DNA from: an uncultured Candidatus Saccharibacteria bacterium
Lineage (GTDB): Bacteria > Patescibacteriota > Minisyncoccia > Phycocordibacterales > UBA9973
DNA length: 64,000 nt
Direction of reading: 5' to 3'
Assembly (NCBI GenBank): GCA_964639185.1
Contig: CAZXCN010000001.1
Location: 38,626-102,625 of the forward strand
Part shown: piece after piece, positions 1 to 8,962 of the stretch
Numbering within the stretch: the first letter of the stretch is position 1
Layout: every line of letters starts with the position of its first letter
The notes under the pieces: generated by a model
Seen by the model: only the letters and a program-made list of their open reading frames with translations
Databases searched by the model: none
Told to the model about the DNA's origin: nothing
Translations under genes and position numbers: made by a program

Positions 1-557
1 TTGTAGGTGCGCGTATGACAAAAAAGATACTAGAAAGGTTAAAATTTGATAACCAAACTATAGATTTTTTAACTAATATGGTTCGCCGTCACATGTTCTT
101 TTCTGACACGGAATTAATTACATTATCTGCAGTAAGGAGAGTAATACAGAATGTAGGTCCAGAACACATATGGGAATTGATGGAAATACGTGAATGCGAC
201 AGGGTAGGCATGAAAAAGAAAGAGGCTCCTTATAGATTACGTAAATACCATGCCATGATAGAAGAAGCGCTTCATGACCCTATTTCAGTAAAACAACTCA
301 AAATCAATGGTGAGTATCTAATGAATACGTTACACATGAAACCAGGTCCTCGAATGGGTTGGATACTCATTGCATTACTAGAAGAAGTCCTCGATGATCC
401 TACAAAAAATACGGTGGAAATTTTGAGCGAAAGAGTAGGGGAGTTAGAAAAATTATCAGACACAGACCTAAAAGCATTGGGTGATAAAGCTAAAGAAAAA
501 AAGGAGGAGCTCGAAGAGGAAGAAGTAGGAAAACTGAGAAAGAAGCATGGGGTATAA
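1..557 (+). CDS. CCA tRNA nucleotidyltransferase / HD-domain protein, C-terminal part (5' truncated)
   Basis: L..LKF..........V..HM segment, then LKINGEYLM...MKPGPRMGWIL..LLEEVLDDP.KN, typical of the C-terminus of CCA-adding/poly(A) polymerase family proteins; frame is open from the window edge. Confidence 0.75.
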   Translation, partial: VGARMTKKILERLKFDNQTIDFLTNMVRRHMFFSDTELITLSAVRRVIQNVGPEHIWELMEIRECDRVGMKKKEAPYRLRKYHAMIEEALHDPISVKQLKINGEYLMNTLHMKPGPRMGWILIALLEEVLDDPTKNTVEILSERVGELEKLSDTDLKALGDKAKEKKEELEEEEVGKLRKKHGV

Positions 558-580
558 GAAATATGAAATTTTGGGTTGGC

Positions 581-621
581 AATAAAAAAAACCGATTTGT
601 GTAAACAAATCGGTTTTTATT
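581..621. terminator. Bidirectional intrinsic terminator
   Basis: AAAAACCGATTTGT/ACAAATCGGTTTTT stem with A/T tails between convergent genes. Confidence 0.75.
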
Positions 622-634
622 TAATAAGTTTATT

Positions 635-2527
635 TTAATCTTTGTTTTCAATGAAAACGGGATAAAATAATTTTTCAATGAACAATTCTTTATCTAAAAG
701 TGTGTTTAGATCAGTTTTTGCAATCAAATCATGCAAAAACCCACCACAAATTAATAGATCTTCCCTACTCAAACCAGAATTAGTATTCAATTCTGCAATT
801 TCTTTCTTTTGCTCTAAATAAAGCCTGTAAAGATTTTGCAAAGAACTCATAGAACTTTCAAATTGCTTCCTCTCACTATCATCATCAACCTGAGAAGAAA
901 CATAGAAAGATTCTTCTATTGCTTCCACTACATTCTCGGCAGAATTGTCTGCAAGGTCGGCTTTTGAATTTTTTGAGTACCCCACAATAACATGTGTACG
1001 ATGATTTGATAACCGATGTGCTTTGATTGCTTTATTATTTTTTAGCTCCTCAAGTAACCATTGACATGCGATCTCCCTGTTTGTCTCAAATTCCTCATGG
1101 AAAGTAACTAATTTTGATTCATTCTCTCCCTCTTCATTGGGGGCAATAGTAATTTTTACATCCGAACCATGGGCTACTTTGTCATAAGCCTCACGAATAA
1201 TGCGTTCAAGTCCATAAGCTTTTTTACCAAAAACCCAAAGGGTTTTCTTGCCTCTTGGAGATTTGTCAACATCATAAAGTGGCAATAAAAATTCAAGGAT
1301 CGATTCAAGAGATTCAAAAGATTCACTACAGTATATTGGTACAAAATTCTGCTTGGGGTTGAAAGGACCCATTTCATAATTTTTGTAATTGAATTTACCT
1401 GACTGCAATAAATAATTATTTACATCTAACCTCAGTGCTTTAAACTTTTCTTGCTCTTCTTTTGAAAGTTCAGCCTTAGCCTTACTTACTTTTGCATATG
1501 GTTTATCATTTACAACAGAAGGAGTGAGTTCATCTTTAGCTTCCTTGGAGTCTATTTTGCCTACTATCCAAAAAGATCTAGAATTAGGATTATTAACAGG
1601 CCTAACTTCATATAAATTTCCAGCAACTATAAAATCATAAGCTGTTTTCATCACAGCAGAAGTCCTAAAATGAAGCGAAAAGCTACCAGGGTTTATAATT
1701 GTGTTTAACAACTTTTTACCTTTTAAATAGACTTGAATCTCTTTTTTAGTTTCTTTTGTAAAGAAATTAATCTTAGGCAATTTAAACCAAAGCGTTTTTG
1801 TATTCTCGGCTACTGGTTTTTCGTAAGAAATGTTAGCTTTTGTTAAATTTCCTTCTATCTCCTGCCTAATGGATGGAGTAGTAGCTTTCAAATTAATACG
1901 CTTGTGTTCTTCATCAATTTCTAACGTCATATAATGACGTCCGTGCTGATAATCACTTAAACTTAAAAAGTTTTCAATAGACACAAGTAATTCAGCTAGT
2001 TTACTTAGTGTTGTTGTTTTAGGTGTGGCTGTTTGTGTTGTCATTTCTGTCTTGTTTGTTTGTGATGAATTTAAATTTTCTGAAGGTGCAACAATTTCTT
2101 GTTCATACGTTGTAGTCTCTTTTGAGATCGAATTAGTCGAGTCGTTTTTTAACCCAACAGAAGTCTTTAAGAATTGCTCAAAAGTCAAATCTTCAAATCT
2201 GTTCTTAAAAGAATTCAAGTGCTCTTCAATGATTGAAAAACGGATTGTGTCTTCTGGTATTATCGTGCAAACAATTTGATTTAATGTAACTCTTACAATA
2301 AATTTTTTCGCTTCAGCAATAAAGTTTTCGTACATAATCTCCTTAAAATGAACCTCCAGCCCTGTGCCTGCTTTTAGTGATACAGTTTTTGTAGATAATC
2401 CTTGATGTACAAAATTTTGTTTCAATAGACTAATTAGTCTATTGAAAATTACCTCTCGAGCATCGTTTGCTTTTTTCTGTTTGTTTTGAGCCTCTTTCAT
2501 GTCGGCTTTTCCATAAATTCCTACCAT
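635..2527 (-). CDS. Hypothetical protein (630 aa, possible internal repeated alpha/beta domains)
   Basis: Long ORF with its own TTGACA-16-TAATAT promoter (2585-2558); no family recognised. Confidence 0.75.
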   Translation of the reverse strand: MVGIYGKADMKEAQNKQKKANDAREVIFNRLISLLKQNFVHQGLSTKTVSLKAGTGLEVHFKEIMYENFIAEAKKFIVRVTLNQIVCTIIPEDTIRFSIIEEHLNSFKNRFEDLTFEQFLKTSVGLKNDSTNSISKETTTYEQEIVAPSENLNSSQTNKTEMTTQTATPKTTTLSKLAELLVSIENFLSLSDYQHGRHYMTLEIDEEHKRINLKATTPSIRQEIEGNLTKANISYEKPVAENTKTLWFKLPKINFFTKETKKEIQVYLKGKKLLNTIINPGSFSLHFRTSAVMKTAYDFIVAGNLYEVRPVNNPNSRSFWIVGKIDSKEAKDELTPSVVNDKPYAKVSKAKAELSKEEQEKFKALRLDVNNYLLQSGKFNYKNYEMGPFNPKQNFVPIYCSESFESLESILEFLLPLYDVDKSPRGKKTLWVFGKKAYGLERIIREAYDKVAHGSDVKITIAPNEEGENESKLVTFHEEFETNREIACQWLLEELKNNKAIKAHRLSNHRTHVIVGYSKNSKADLADNSAENVVEAIEESFYVSSQVDDDSERKQFESSMSSLQNLYRLYLEQKKEIAELNTNSGLSREDLLICGGFLHDLIAKTDLNTLLDKELFIEKLFYPVFIENKD

Positions 2528-2617
2528 AATGTTATTTGGTTTTTAAATTTTTCTTTTATATTACATTATTTTTCTAATTTGTCAAATATTATATACACTA
2601 TAACTATAAGACATCTC

Positions 2618-2653
2618 AAATAAAAATAGCCCCATTAGGGCTATTTTTATTTT
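2618..2653. terminator. Intrinsic terminator after YceI gene
   Basis: AAATAAAAATAGCCC/GGGCTATTTTTATTT inverted repeat. Confidence 0.7.
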
Positions 2654-2667
2654 ACTTATACTCGAGA

Positions 2668-3258
2668 TTATTTTACAGGGACTGTTACTATAAGCTCAAT
2701 TTCCTCATTGGCGAATTTTTGGTCTATACCGAAGTCTTTCATATTAAGGGTAAAGTCTGCTGTGTATGTATTGTTTACCAATGTAACAGGGAAGCTGATT
2801 GTCTTTGCAATATTACGTATAGTCATAACACCAGTAACCTTTCCATCGTCCCAGCTATTAATTTTGAAATTTGCTGTTTTAAATTTAGCTGTGTCAAAAA
2901 AGTCTTTTGAGTTTAAGTGGGTTGTAAGCTTGTCACTATCGCTTGTCAAAGACGCCACATCAATAGAGATATTTCCTGTGAGTGCCTCACCAACAAAATG
3001 CATATCTGATGTAACCTTACCAAATGACCCATCATGCACCTTGCCTGGACCAAATCCTTTGAACGCAACTTTTATATTTGTATTATCTACTTGTCTTTTT
3101 GAAGTCGGCGCTGTATTTTCTTCTTTTTCTTCATTTTGGTCTATAACCACATCGTTCACTTGAGCTTGGGGAATATTTGCCTCGGGCTTTGTTTGGATAG
3201 CGTACCAGACACCGTAACCTATAACCAAAAATGCAAGGATAATTAAAATTGTTTTCAT
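2668..3258 (-). CDS. YceI family (lipid/polyisoprenoid-binding) protein with N-terminal membrane anchor
   Basis: H.GSF, IDVASL, HLNSKDFFDTAKFKTANF, G.MTIRNIAKTISFP, LNMKDFGI motifs. Confidence 0.85.
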   Translation of the reverse strand: MKTILIILAFLVIGYGVWYAIQTKPEANIPQAQVNDVVIDQNEEKEENTAPTSKRQVDNTNIKVAFKGFGPGKVHDGSFGKVTSDMHFVGEALTGNISIDVASLTSDSDKLTTHLNSKDFFDTAKFKTANFKINSWDDGKVTGVMTIRNIAKTISFPVTLVNNTYTADFTLNMKDFGIDQKFANEEIELIVTVPVK

Positions 3259-3313
3259 ATGTGTTAAAAAATTACTTATTAAGATTGTTATTATAGCAAA
3301 TTTAAGGGCAAAT

Positions 3314-3487
3314 AAAAAAAGGTCCAGCTTGCACTGGACCTTTAAACCTAATCACTTAATCACCCATATTAACAGAACAAACAGGTCTTACAAAAAACAA
3401 TCATACTTATTCAGTATCCCCAGTATTAGGCTTCGTATCTCAGTAACGAAGCCCATACCAGGAACACAAAAATGTATAATAACTATT
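3314..3487 (-). ncRNA. Candidate small RNA (promoter- and terminator-bounded)
   Basis: Minus-strand TTGACA(3522-3517)-17-TACTAT(3499-3494); about 19-bp hairpin with G.U pairs (3417-3464); terminator AAAGGTCCAG/CTGGACCTTT plus U-run; only very short ORFs inside. Confidence 0.45.
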
Positions 3488-3583
3488 ATCCAAATAGTAC
3501 TCTTGTATAGAAATTGTGTCAATATAATAAAACATGTATAGACAAATATATTTTTTGTGTTATGCTGTTAGAAAATAGTAATT

Positions 3584-4102
3584 ATGGGAAAAATTAAAAA
3601 CGGTGTTTTGGCAGTAGAGAATTTACTGTCCAACAAATTGCTTGCTAGGGTAATGCTTGTATTATCAATAATTGCCTTTCTAATCTTATTTCTAATCTTA
3701 ATTAGAAGAGGAAATAACACTTTTGCGATGCAACAATTATTATGGCCAAGCCTTAGTAAATTTATCATTGCAATACCTTTCTGTATATTTCATATAATAC
3801 AGATGCTCATTTATAGGGGTCCAATGAGGTACGCCAAAAGAAATGGGTATTCTAATGTAATTGGGTGGCGTACCGCAATATTCAGTTATTTTATATACTG
3901 TTTGGGCACGGGTTGGATATTCCTTATTGTACTACTTGCAAAAGCAATTCATATTTATTCTAGTATAGAAAATATGGAAAGCAAAAAACCTTTAGCAAAC
4001 TGGTTTGTGTGGGATATTGTTACTGTATTTACAGTATCAATAACTGCATGCCTGATACCAGAGAACTATCATATAACCATGAAAAGCATTCTAGGTTATT
4101 AA
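3584..4102 (+). CDS. Hypothetical multi-pass membrane protein
   Basis: Four hydrophobic segments; own promoter-like TAGACA...TGTTATGCT upstream. Confidence 0.7.
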   Translation: MGKIKNGVLAVENLLSNKLLARVMLVLSIIAFLILFLILIRRGNNTFAMQQLLWPSLSKFIIAIPFCIFHIIQMLIYRGPMRYAKRNGYSNVIGWRTAIFSYFIYCLGTGWIFLIVLLAKAIHIYSSIENMESKKPLANWFVWDIVTVFTVSITACLIPENYHITMKSILGY

Positions 4103-4124
4103 AGTAAAAATTAATTTAAATTAT

Positions 4125-4157
4125 AAAAAAGCTCTACTATTTAGTAGAGCTTTTTTT
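4125..4157. terminator. Bidirectional terminator
   Basis: AAAAAAGCTCTACTA/TAGTAGAGCTTTTTT between convergent genes. Confidence 0.75.
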
Positions 4158-4971
4158 ATTTTATCTCCAATACAATAGGGCAGTGGTCGGAACCCATGTA
4201 GTCAGATAACATCTTTGAATCCACCACTTTTTTCATTATATTTTGTGATACGAAAAAGTAGTCGATACGCCAGCCCACATTCCTGTCGCGTGAGCGAGTC
4301 TTTTGATCCCAATACGTATACATATCTTTTGTATTTGGGTAAAGTTGCCGGAATGTATCAATGTATCCGGCTTTGATTACCTTTGATATCCATGCACGCT
4401 CGATAGGTAGGAAGCCTGTGTTCTCTTCGTTTGCTTTTGGTCGAGCTAGATCCACCTCTGTATGTGCCGTATTTATATCACCTGTAAATATTATTTCATA
4501 TCCTGACTTTTTCTTTTTATTTATAAATTTTAGAAAAGCTTCGTAGAACTTCAATTTATATTCTAAACGATGTGGACCTTGGCCACCGTTCGGATAGTAA
4601 CCATTGATAAGAATAATTTTACTTTTTATACCACCGAGACCTTTATTGAAGTACAAGACAACAAGTCGGCCTTCTTGATCCAACTCTTTTACACCCATTC
4701 CATATTCCACCTTGTCAGGTTTTATTTTAGTAAACACAGCAACCCCACTGTAACCCTTGCGTTCGAGTGAAGGGGATAGATAAAAATGATACTTACCCGC
4801 CTTGCTGGAGGGGTCTTTATAATCTATTATTTCTTTTGGTAACTGATCTATCTCGCTCTTTGTTTCCTGAAGGCAAACAATGTCGGGCTTGTATTTAACA
4901 AAGAGTGGGTCAAAATGACCTTGTTTTATAGTCGCTCGTAATCCATTTGTATTCCAACTAATAATTCGCAT
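4156..4971 (-). CDS. xth: Exodeoxyribonuclease III (AP endonuclease)
   Basis: SWNTNGLRA, CLQETK, GYSGVA, GDINTAH, GWRIDYF, SDHCP motifs. Confidence 0.95.
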   Translation of the reverse strand: MRIISWNTNGLRATIKQGHFDPLFVKYKPDIVCLQETKSEIDQLPKEIIDYKDPSSKAGKYHFYLSPSLERKGYSGVAVFTKIKPDKVEYGMGVKELDQEGRLVVLYFNKGLGGIKSKIILINGYYPNGGQGPHRLEYKLKFYEAFLKFINKKKKSGYEIIFTGDINTAHTEVDLARPKANEENTGFLPIERAWISKVIKAGYIDTFRQLYPNTKDMYTYWDQKTRSRDRNVGWRIDYFFVSQNIMKKVVDSKMLSDYMGSDHCPIVLEIK

Positions 4972-5065
4972 ATTTGTGTATTATATCAGATATTTATAAA
5001 ACCTATTGACTATGAATAACCAAAAGAGTACTACAAAAAAGATTTTTCTTTACGGAGCCACAAAC

Positions 5066-5095
5066 AAAAAAACCCAATCTATGATTGGGTTTTTT
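5066..5095. terminator. Intrinsic terminator after Xer recombinase gene
   Basis: AAAAAACCCAATC/GATTGGGTTTTTT. Confidence 0.65.
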
Positions 5096-6050
5096 ATTTA
5101 CTATGAAACTTCTTATGTATTTCACGAAGCTGTTTGTCTGTCACATGCGTATATATTTGAGTCGTTGCTATATTTGCATGGCCGAGCATCATCTGCACGG
5201 AACGTATATCGGCACCGTTCTCCAATAGATCAGTTGCAAAGCTATGGCGTATCACGTGCGGAGTAACCTTTTTTGATATCCCTGCGATGATAGCATAGTG
5301 TGCAACTATACGCTCGATCGAGCGAGGAGTCAGGCGCCCTGTGCCTTTTCTATTATTAGATTGTTGGATAAACATCGGTTCATCCATATCGCGCCTATTT
5401 TTCAAATACATACGTATCGCATCTTTGGCTGAATCAGACAAGAAAACGACACGCACCTTTTCACCCTTACCACGGATCGAGAATTCATCTTTGGACAAAT
5501 CCAAGTCACGATTGAGCGAACAAAGTTCCGACAAACGAAGACCAGTAGAAAAGAATAGCTCGAGTATCGCTTTGTCGCGTAGGCATTTTAAACTTTCTGA
5601 ATCTTTATCTTTTGTTATTTTAGAATCTGCATTTTTTAATATTTGATTCGGTGCATCAAGCAATCTTTGTAACTCACTACCAGATATCAAGTCTAGATGC
5701 CTCCCTTTAACTTTTGCGAGCTCGATTCTGTCTGGGGGGAGCGACGTAACCCCGCGCTTCATTAAATATTTCAAAAAAGCACGAAGCGCAATGAGGTGAT
5801 AATTCTGAGTATTCTTTTTTAGTGTGCCTGCTTGCTGACCCTTTGCTTTAACTCCTGGCAGTCTATTGATGTGTAGACGAAATTCACGAATAACATCGTC
5901 AGTGATATCCTTTGGGCCCGAAACTTTGCCCACTTCAAAAAATCGAGTAAGGTAATGATCGTAGTTACGAACAGTTAGAAGACTGTTGCCTTTCTCGATC
6001 TCCACATGTTCGAGGAATTCGCGTTTCAATTGTTCAATAGGTGTTGTCAT
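5094..6050 (-). CDS. Tyrosine recombinase, XerC/XerD family
   Basis: RDKAILELFFSTGLRLSEL, GKGEKVR, TPHVIRHSFATDLLENGADIRSVQMMLGHANIATTQIYTHV with the R-K-H-R-H-Y catalytic set. Confidence 0.93.
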   Translation of the reverse strand: MTTPIEQLKREFLEHVEIEKGNSLLTVRNYDHYLTRFFEVGKVSGPKDITDDVIREFRLHINRLPGVKAKGQQAGTLKKNTQNYHLIALRAFLKYLMKRGVTSLPPDRIELAKVKGRHLDLISGSELQRLLDAPNQILKNADSKITKDKDSESLKCLRDKAILELFFSTGLRLSELCSLNRDLDLSKDEFSIRGKGEKVRVVFLSDSAKDAIRMYLKNRRDMDEPMFIQQSNNRKGTGRLTPRSIERIVAHYAIIAGISKKVTPHVIRHSFATDLLENGADIRSVQMMLGHANIATTQIYTHVTDKQLREIHKKFHSK

Positions 6051-6157
6051 ATCAATGTCGTAAAATAATTATATCATGAAACAAACCATCAAACCCTACA
6101 AAAATAATGTAGGTGTGGGGGCTTGCAATATTTATCAATATATGCTATTATACTCCC

Positions 6158-6418
6158 ATGTTAACAACAAAGAAAAAGCAAAATATCATTAAGAAAAACC
6201 AAGCACATGCTACAGATACTGGTTCTCCTGAGGTTCAGATCGCTATGCTTTCAGAGCGTATTGACGAACTAGCTATTCATTTAAAGAAGCACAAGAAGGA
6301 TAATCACTCACGCCGTGGCCTAATAAAGATGGTTGCTGACCGCCGTGGTCACCTAAAGCATCTTGAAAAGTCAGACAAGACTCGTCACGAGAAAGCTCTA
6401 AAAAAAATCAAAGCTTAA
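6158..6418 (+). CDS. rpsO: 30S ribosomal protein S15
   Basis: DTGSPEVQIAMLSERI...HKKDNHSRRGL; start placed at ATG 6158, 6 nt after TGCTATTAT. Confidence 0.97.
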   Translation: MLTTKKKQNIIKKNQAHATDTGSPEVQIAMLSERIDELAIHLKKHKKDNHSRRGLIKMVADRRGHLKHLEKSDKTRHEKALKKIKA

Positions 6419-6450
6419 ATGAAAAACTCCTGCAAGGGAGTTTTTCATTT
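6417..6450 (+). terminator. rpsO terminator
   Basis: AAATGAAAAACTCC/GGAGTTTTTCATTT. Confidence 0.7.
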
Positions 6451-6470
6451 TATGGTACAATTATATTTAT

Positions 6471-6974
6471 ATGATAATTAAACACAAAGAACAAAGAGTT
6501 GGGGTATTTATCGATACATCGAACTTATATCACAGCGCAAAAAATTTATATAAAAAGAAGGTCAATTTTGGCCAAGTATTAAAAGATGCATTAGCTGACA
6601 GAAAGTTAGTGCGTGCAACAGCATATGTTATCACCAGTGAAGGTGGTGACGAAAAGAACTTTTTTGAAGCATTAACAAAGCTTGGTATTGAAACAAAAAC
6701 AAAAGAATTACAAATATTTGCTGGTGGAGCAAAGAAGGGGGATTGGGATGTAGGAATAACAGTTGATGTTATTAAAATGTCATCTCGCCTCGATGCAGTA
6801 GTATTGGTAACTGGTGACGGTGACTACATACCACTTGTTGAATATTTACAAGCACAGCTTGTGCAAGTCGAAGTGGTTTCATTTGATAAATCTACTTCAA
6901 TGAAATTAAAAGAAGCGGCCGACGATTTCCTCGACCTTTCAAAGAATCCAAAAAAATATCTAATGGGAAGATAA
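6471..6974 (+). CDS. NYN domain protein (LabA/DUF88 family)
   Basis: VFIDTSNLY, KGDWDVGITVD, LVTGDGDYIPLV, LKEAADDFLDL. Confidence 0.9.
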   Translation: MIIKHKEQRVGVFIDTSNLYHSAKNLYKKKVNFGQVLKDALADRKLVRATAYVITSEGGDEKNFFEALTKLGIETKTKELQIFAGGAKKGDWDVGITVDVIKMSSRLDAVVLVTGDGDYIPLVEYLQAQLVQVEVVSFDKSTSMKLKEAADDFLDLSKNPKKYLMGR

Positions 6975-6988
6975 CATCTATCAATTGC

Positions 6989-7861
6989 ATGGATATACCT
7001 CTTAATCTTATCTACATACATAATCAAAGCGACATACACTGTGGCGGTTTTTCGGCGCAAGATGAATCGGCTCTTGGGATAGAGGCTGGGACTCTATTAA
7101 TACAAATAAGTACTTTGCATGAATTGGTAACCTTGCATCGAACAAACCTAGGAAAGAATTTAGAAAAATACAGAGAATTATACATAATAAAAAGTGGCGA
7201 ATACACCGAAGTCCAATCAGGTGTGTTCATACATAATACTGCTACAGTAGATGACCAAGTAGTTTTTAATACAAAAAATGGAATAATAGTAATAGAGGAG
7301 GGTGTGCACATAAATCCATTTACATATTTAGTAGGACCACTACGCATAGACAAACACGCAACAATAAACCCACATGCAAATATTGGTAATTCTTATATTG
7401 GTAAATATTGCAAAGTTGGTGGCGAAGTATCCAACTCTATTATAGAAGGCTATAGCAACAAAGGTCATTATGGATACGTGGGTGACAGCTGGGTAGGAAG
7501 CTGGGTGAATTTGGGTGGGGGAACTTCTACATCGAATCTAAAGAATACTTATGGTAATATCAAAATGGGAGGGCAAGATACTGGCGAACAATTCTTGGGA
7601 TCTATAATATGCGACCACGTAAAGACTGCATCGAACACGAGTATATACACAGGCAAGGTGATCGGAGTAGGTAGCCATATATATGGAACTGTTACAAGCG
7701 ATGTTCCGAATTGTGTAAATTATTATTCAAAAGACAACACAACGAGTATCCCAATCGAAGTAATAGAAAAGACAGCAAAGAGGATGATGGCGCGTCGTGG
7801 TGTAGAATTTACAGAAGATGATAAAAAATTATTAATAAATTTATATAAAAACAATGAGTAA
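6989..7861 (+). CDS. GlmU-like hexapeptide-repeat acetyltransferase (glucosamine-1-phosphate N-acetyltransferase-like; N-terminal nucleotidyltransferase domain reduced or absent)
   Basis: Left-handed beta-helix repeats, GGEVSNSII, NKGHYGYVGDSWVGSWVNLGGGTSTSNLKNTYG, MMARRG C-terminus as in Bacteroidota GlmU-family proteins. Confidence 0.7.
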   Translation: MDIPLNLIYIHNQSDIHCGGFSAQDESALGIEAGTLLIQISTLHELVTLHRTNLGKNLEKYRELYIIKSGEYTEVQSGVFIHNTATVDDQVVFNTKNGIIVIEEGVHINPFTYLVGPLRIDKHATINPHANIGNSYIGKYCKVGGEVSNSIIEGYSNKGHYGYVGDSWVGSWVNLGGGTSTSNLKNTYGNIKMGGQDTGEQFLGSIICDHVKTASNTSIYTGKVIGVGSHIYGTVTSDVPNCVNYYSKDNTTSIPIEVIEKTAKRMMARRGVEFTEDDKKLLINLYKNNE

Positions 7862-8795
7862 AATTTTAATCATGGGTGCATGTGGGCAGATCGGGGTAGA
7901 GCTAACATTGGCCCTGCGTAAAATTCATGGAAATGAAAATGTAATAGCGAGTGATTTAAAAGGAAATCACCCAATGCTTGTAGACGGCCCTTATATACAA
8001 CTCGATGCAACAGATGCAGTAAAGACAAAAGAGATAGTGGAAAAAGAGGGTATTACAGATATATATTTACTCGCAGCATTACTTTCTGCTACAGGGGAGC
8101 AGAATCCAAAGCTTTGCTGGGATCTAAACATGGGTAGCTTGAGGCAAATATTAGACCTAGGTGTAGAGAAAAATTTAAAAATTTTTTGGCCTTCATCTAT
8201 CGCAGTCTTTGGGCCAACTACTCCTCGTGATCAAACTCAACAACAGACTGTTATTGAACCTACTACAATGTACGGCATTACTAAGTACGCAGGCGAAATG
8301 CTCTGCCAATATTACAACAATAAATTTGGGCTTGATGTGCGAAGTGTGCGCTACCCAGGATTGATAAGCTGGAAAAGTGAGCCAGGTGGTGGAACTACCG
8401 ACTATGCTGTAGAAATTTTCTATGAGGGTATAAAGAATAAAAAATATACATGTTTCCTTGGTGAAAACACTTATCTACCTATGATGTATATGGACGATGC
8501 TATCCGTGCAACGATCGAACTCATGCAAGCACCAGCAGAAAATATTAAAAACAGAATGTCTTACAATCTTTCTGCAATTAGCTTCTCACCAAAAGAAATT
8601 ACAAACGAAATCAAAAAACACATTCCAGAATTAGAAATATCGTATGCACCCGATCAACGCCAAAAGATCGCCGACTCATGGCCTGCAAGTATCGATGACT
8701 CTGTAGCACGAAGTGATTGGGGCTGGAAACACGAATTTGATTTAGAAAAAATGACTGAAGTAATGCTTGTAAACTTAAAGGATAAGTTAAAGTAG
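7854..8795 (+). CDS. tdh: L-threonine 3-dehydrogenase (SDR/epimerase type)
   Basis: GACGQIG, LAALLSATGE, PSSIAVFG, MYGITK, RYPGLIS, PGGGTTDYAV, RQKIADSWP; adjacent to kbl. Confidence 0.88.
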   Translation: MSKILIMGACGQIGVELTLALRKIHGNENVIASDLKGNHPMLVDGPYIQLDATDAVKTKEIVEKEGITDIYLLAALLSATGEQNPKLCWDLNMGSLRQILDLGVEKNLKIFWPSSIAVFGPTTPRDQTQQQTVIEPTTMYGITKYAGEMLCQYYNNKFGLDVRSVRYPGLISWKSEPGGGTTDYAVEIFYEGIKNKKYTCFLGENTYLPMMYMDDAIRATIELMQAPAENIKNRMSYNLSAISFSPKEITNEIKKHIPELEISYAPDQRQKIADSWPASIDDSVARSDWGWKHEFDLEKMTEVMLVNLKDKLK

Positions 8796-8809
8796 TTATT
8801 TAAAAAATT

Positions 8810-8937
8810 AATTTAAATCTTTACTTGGCATATCTTTTCTTTGGGTACGGATTTTTTGAAGCTTAAAAAATCCTGAAGTTTGCTCGCCGTCGCTCGCAAA
8901 ACCCCCTCGAAAAGATACGCCTGCGATGATTTAAATT
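8810..8937. repeat. Structured intergenic element (REP/MITE-like or ncRNA, multibranch)
   Basis: Nested inverted repeats AATTTAAATC/GATTTAAATT, TATCTTTTC/GAAAAGATA, GGATTTTTT/AAAAAATCC, TTTGC/GCAAA around CTCGCCGTCGCTCG. Confidence 0.55.
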
Positions 8938-8962
8938 GGTAAAAATTTTATAATATAAAAAT

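Noticed and set aside
3329-3541. 70-aa + strand ORF
   Set aside because: It starts at a TTG inside a terminator hairpin, and the promoter, G.U pattern and terminator all favour the minus strand.
5094-6050. Integron or prophage integrase
   Set aside because: The sequence is of the housekeeping XerC/D type. No IntI-specific insertion, attC array or phage genes are evident nearby.
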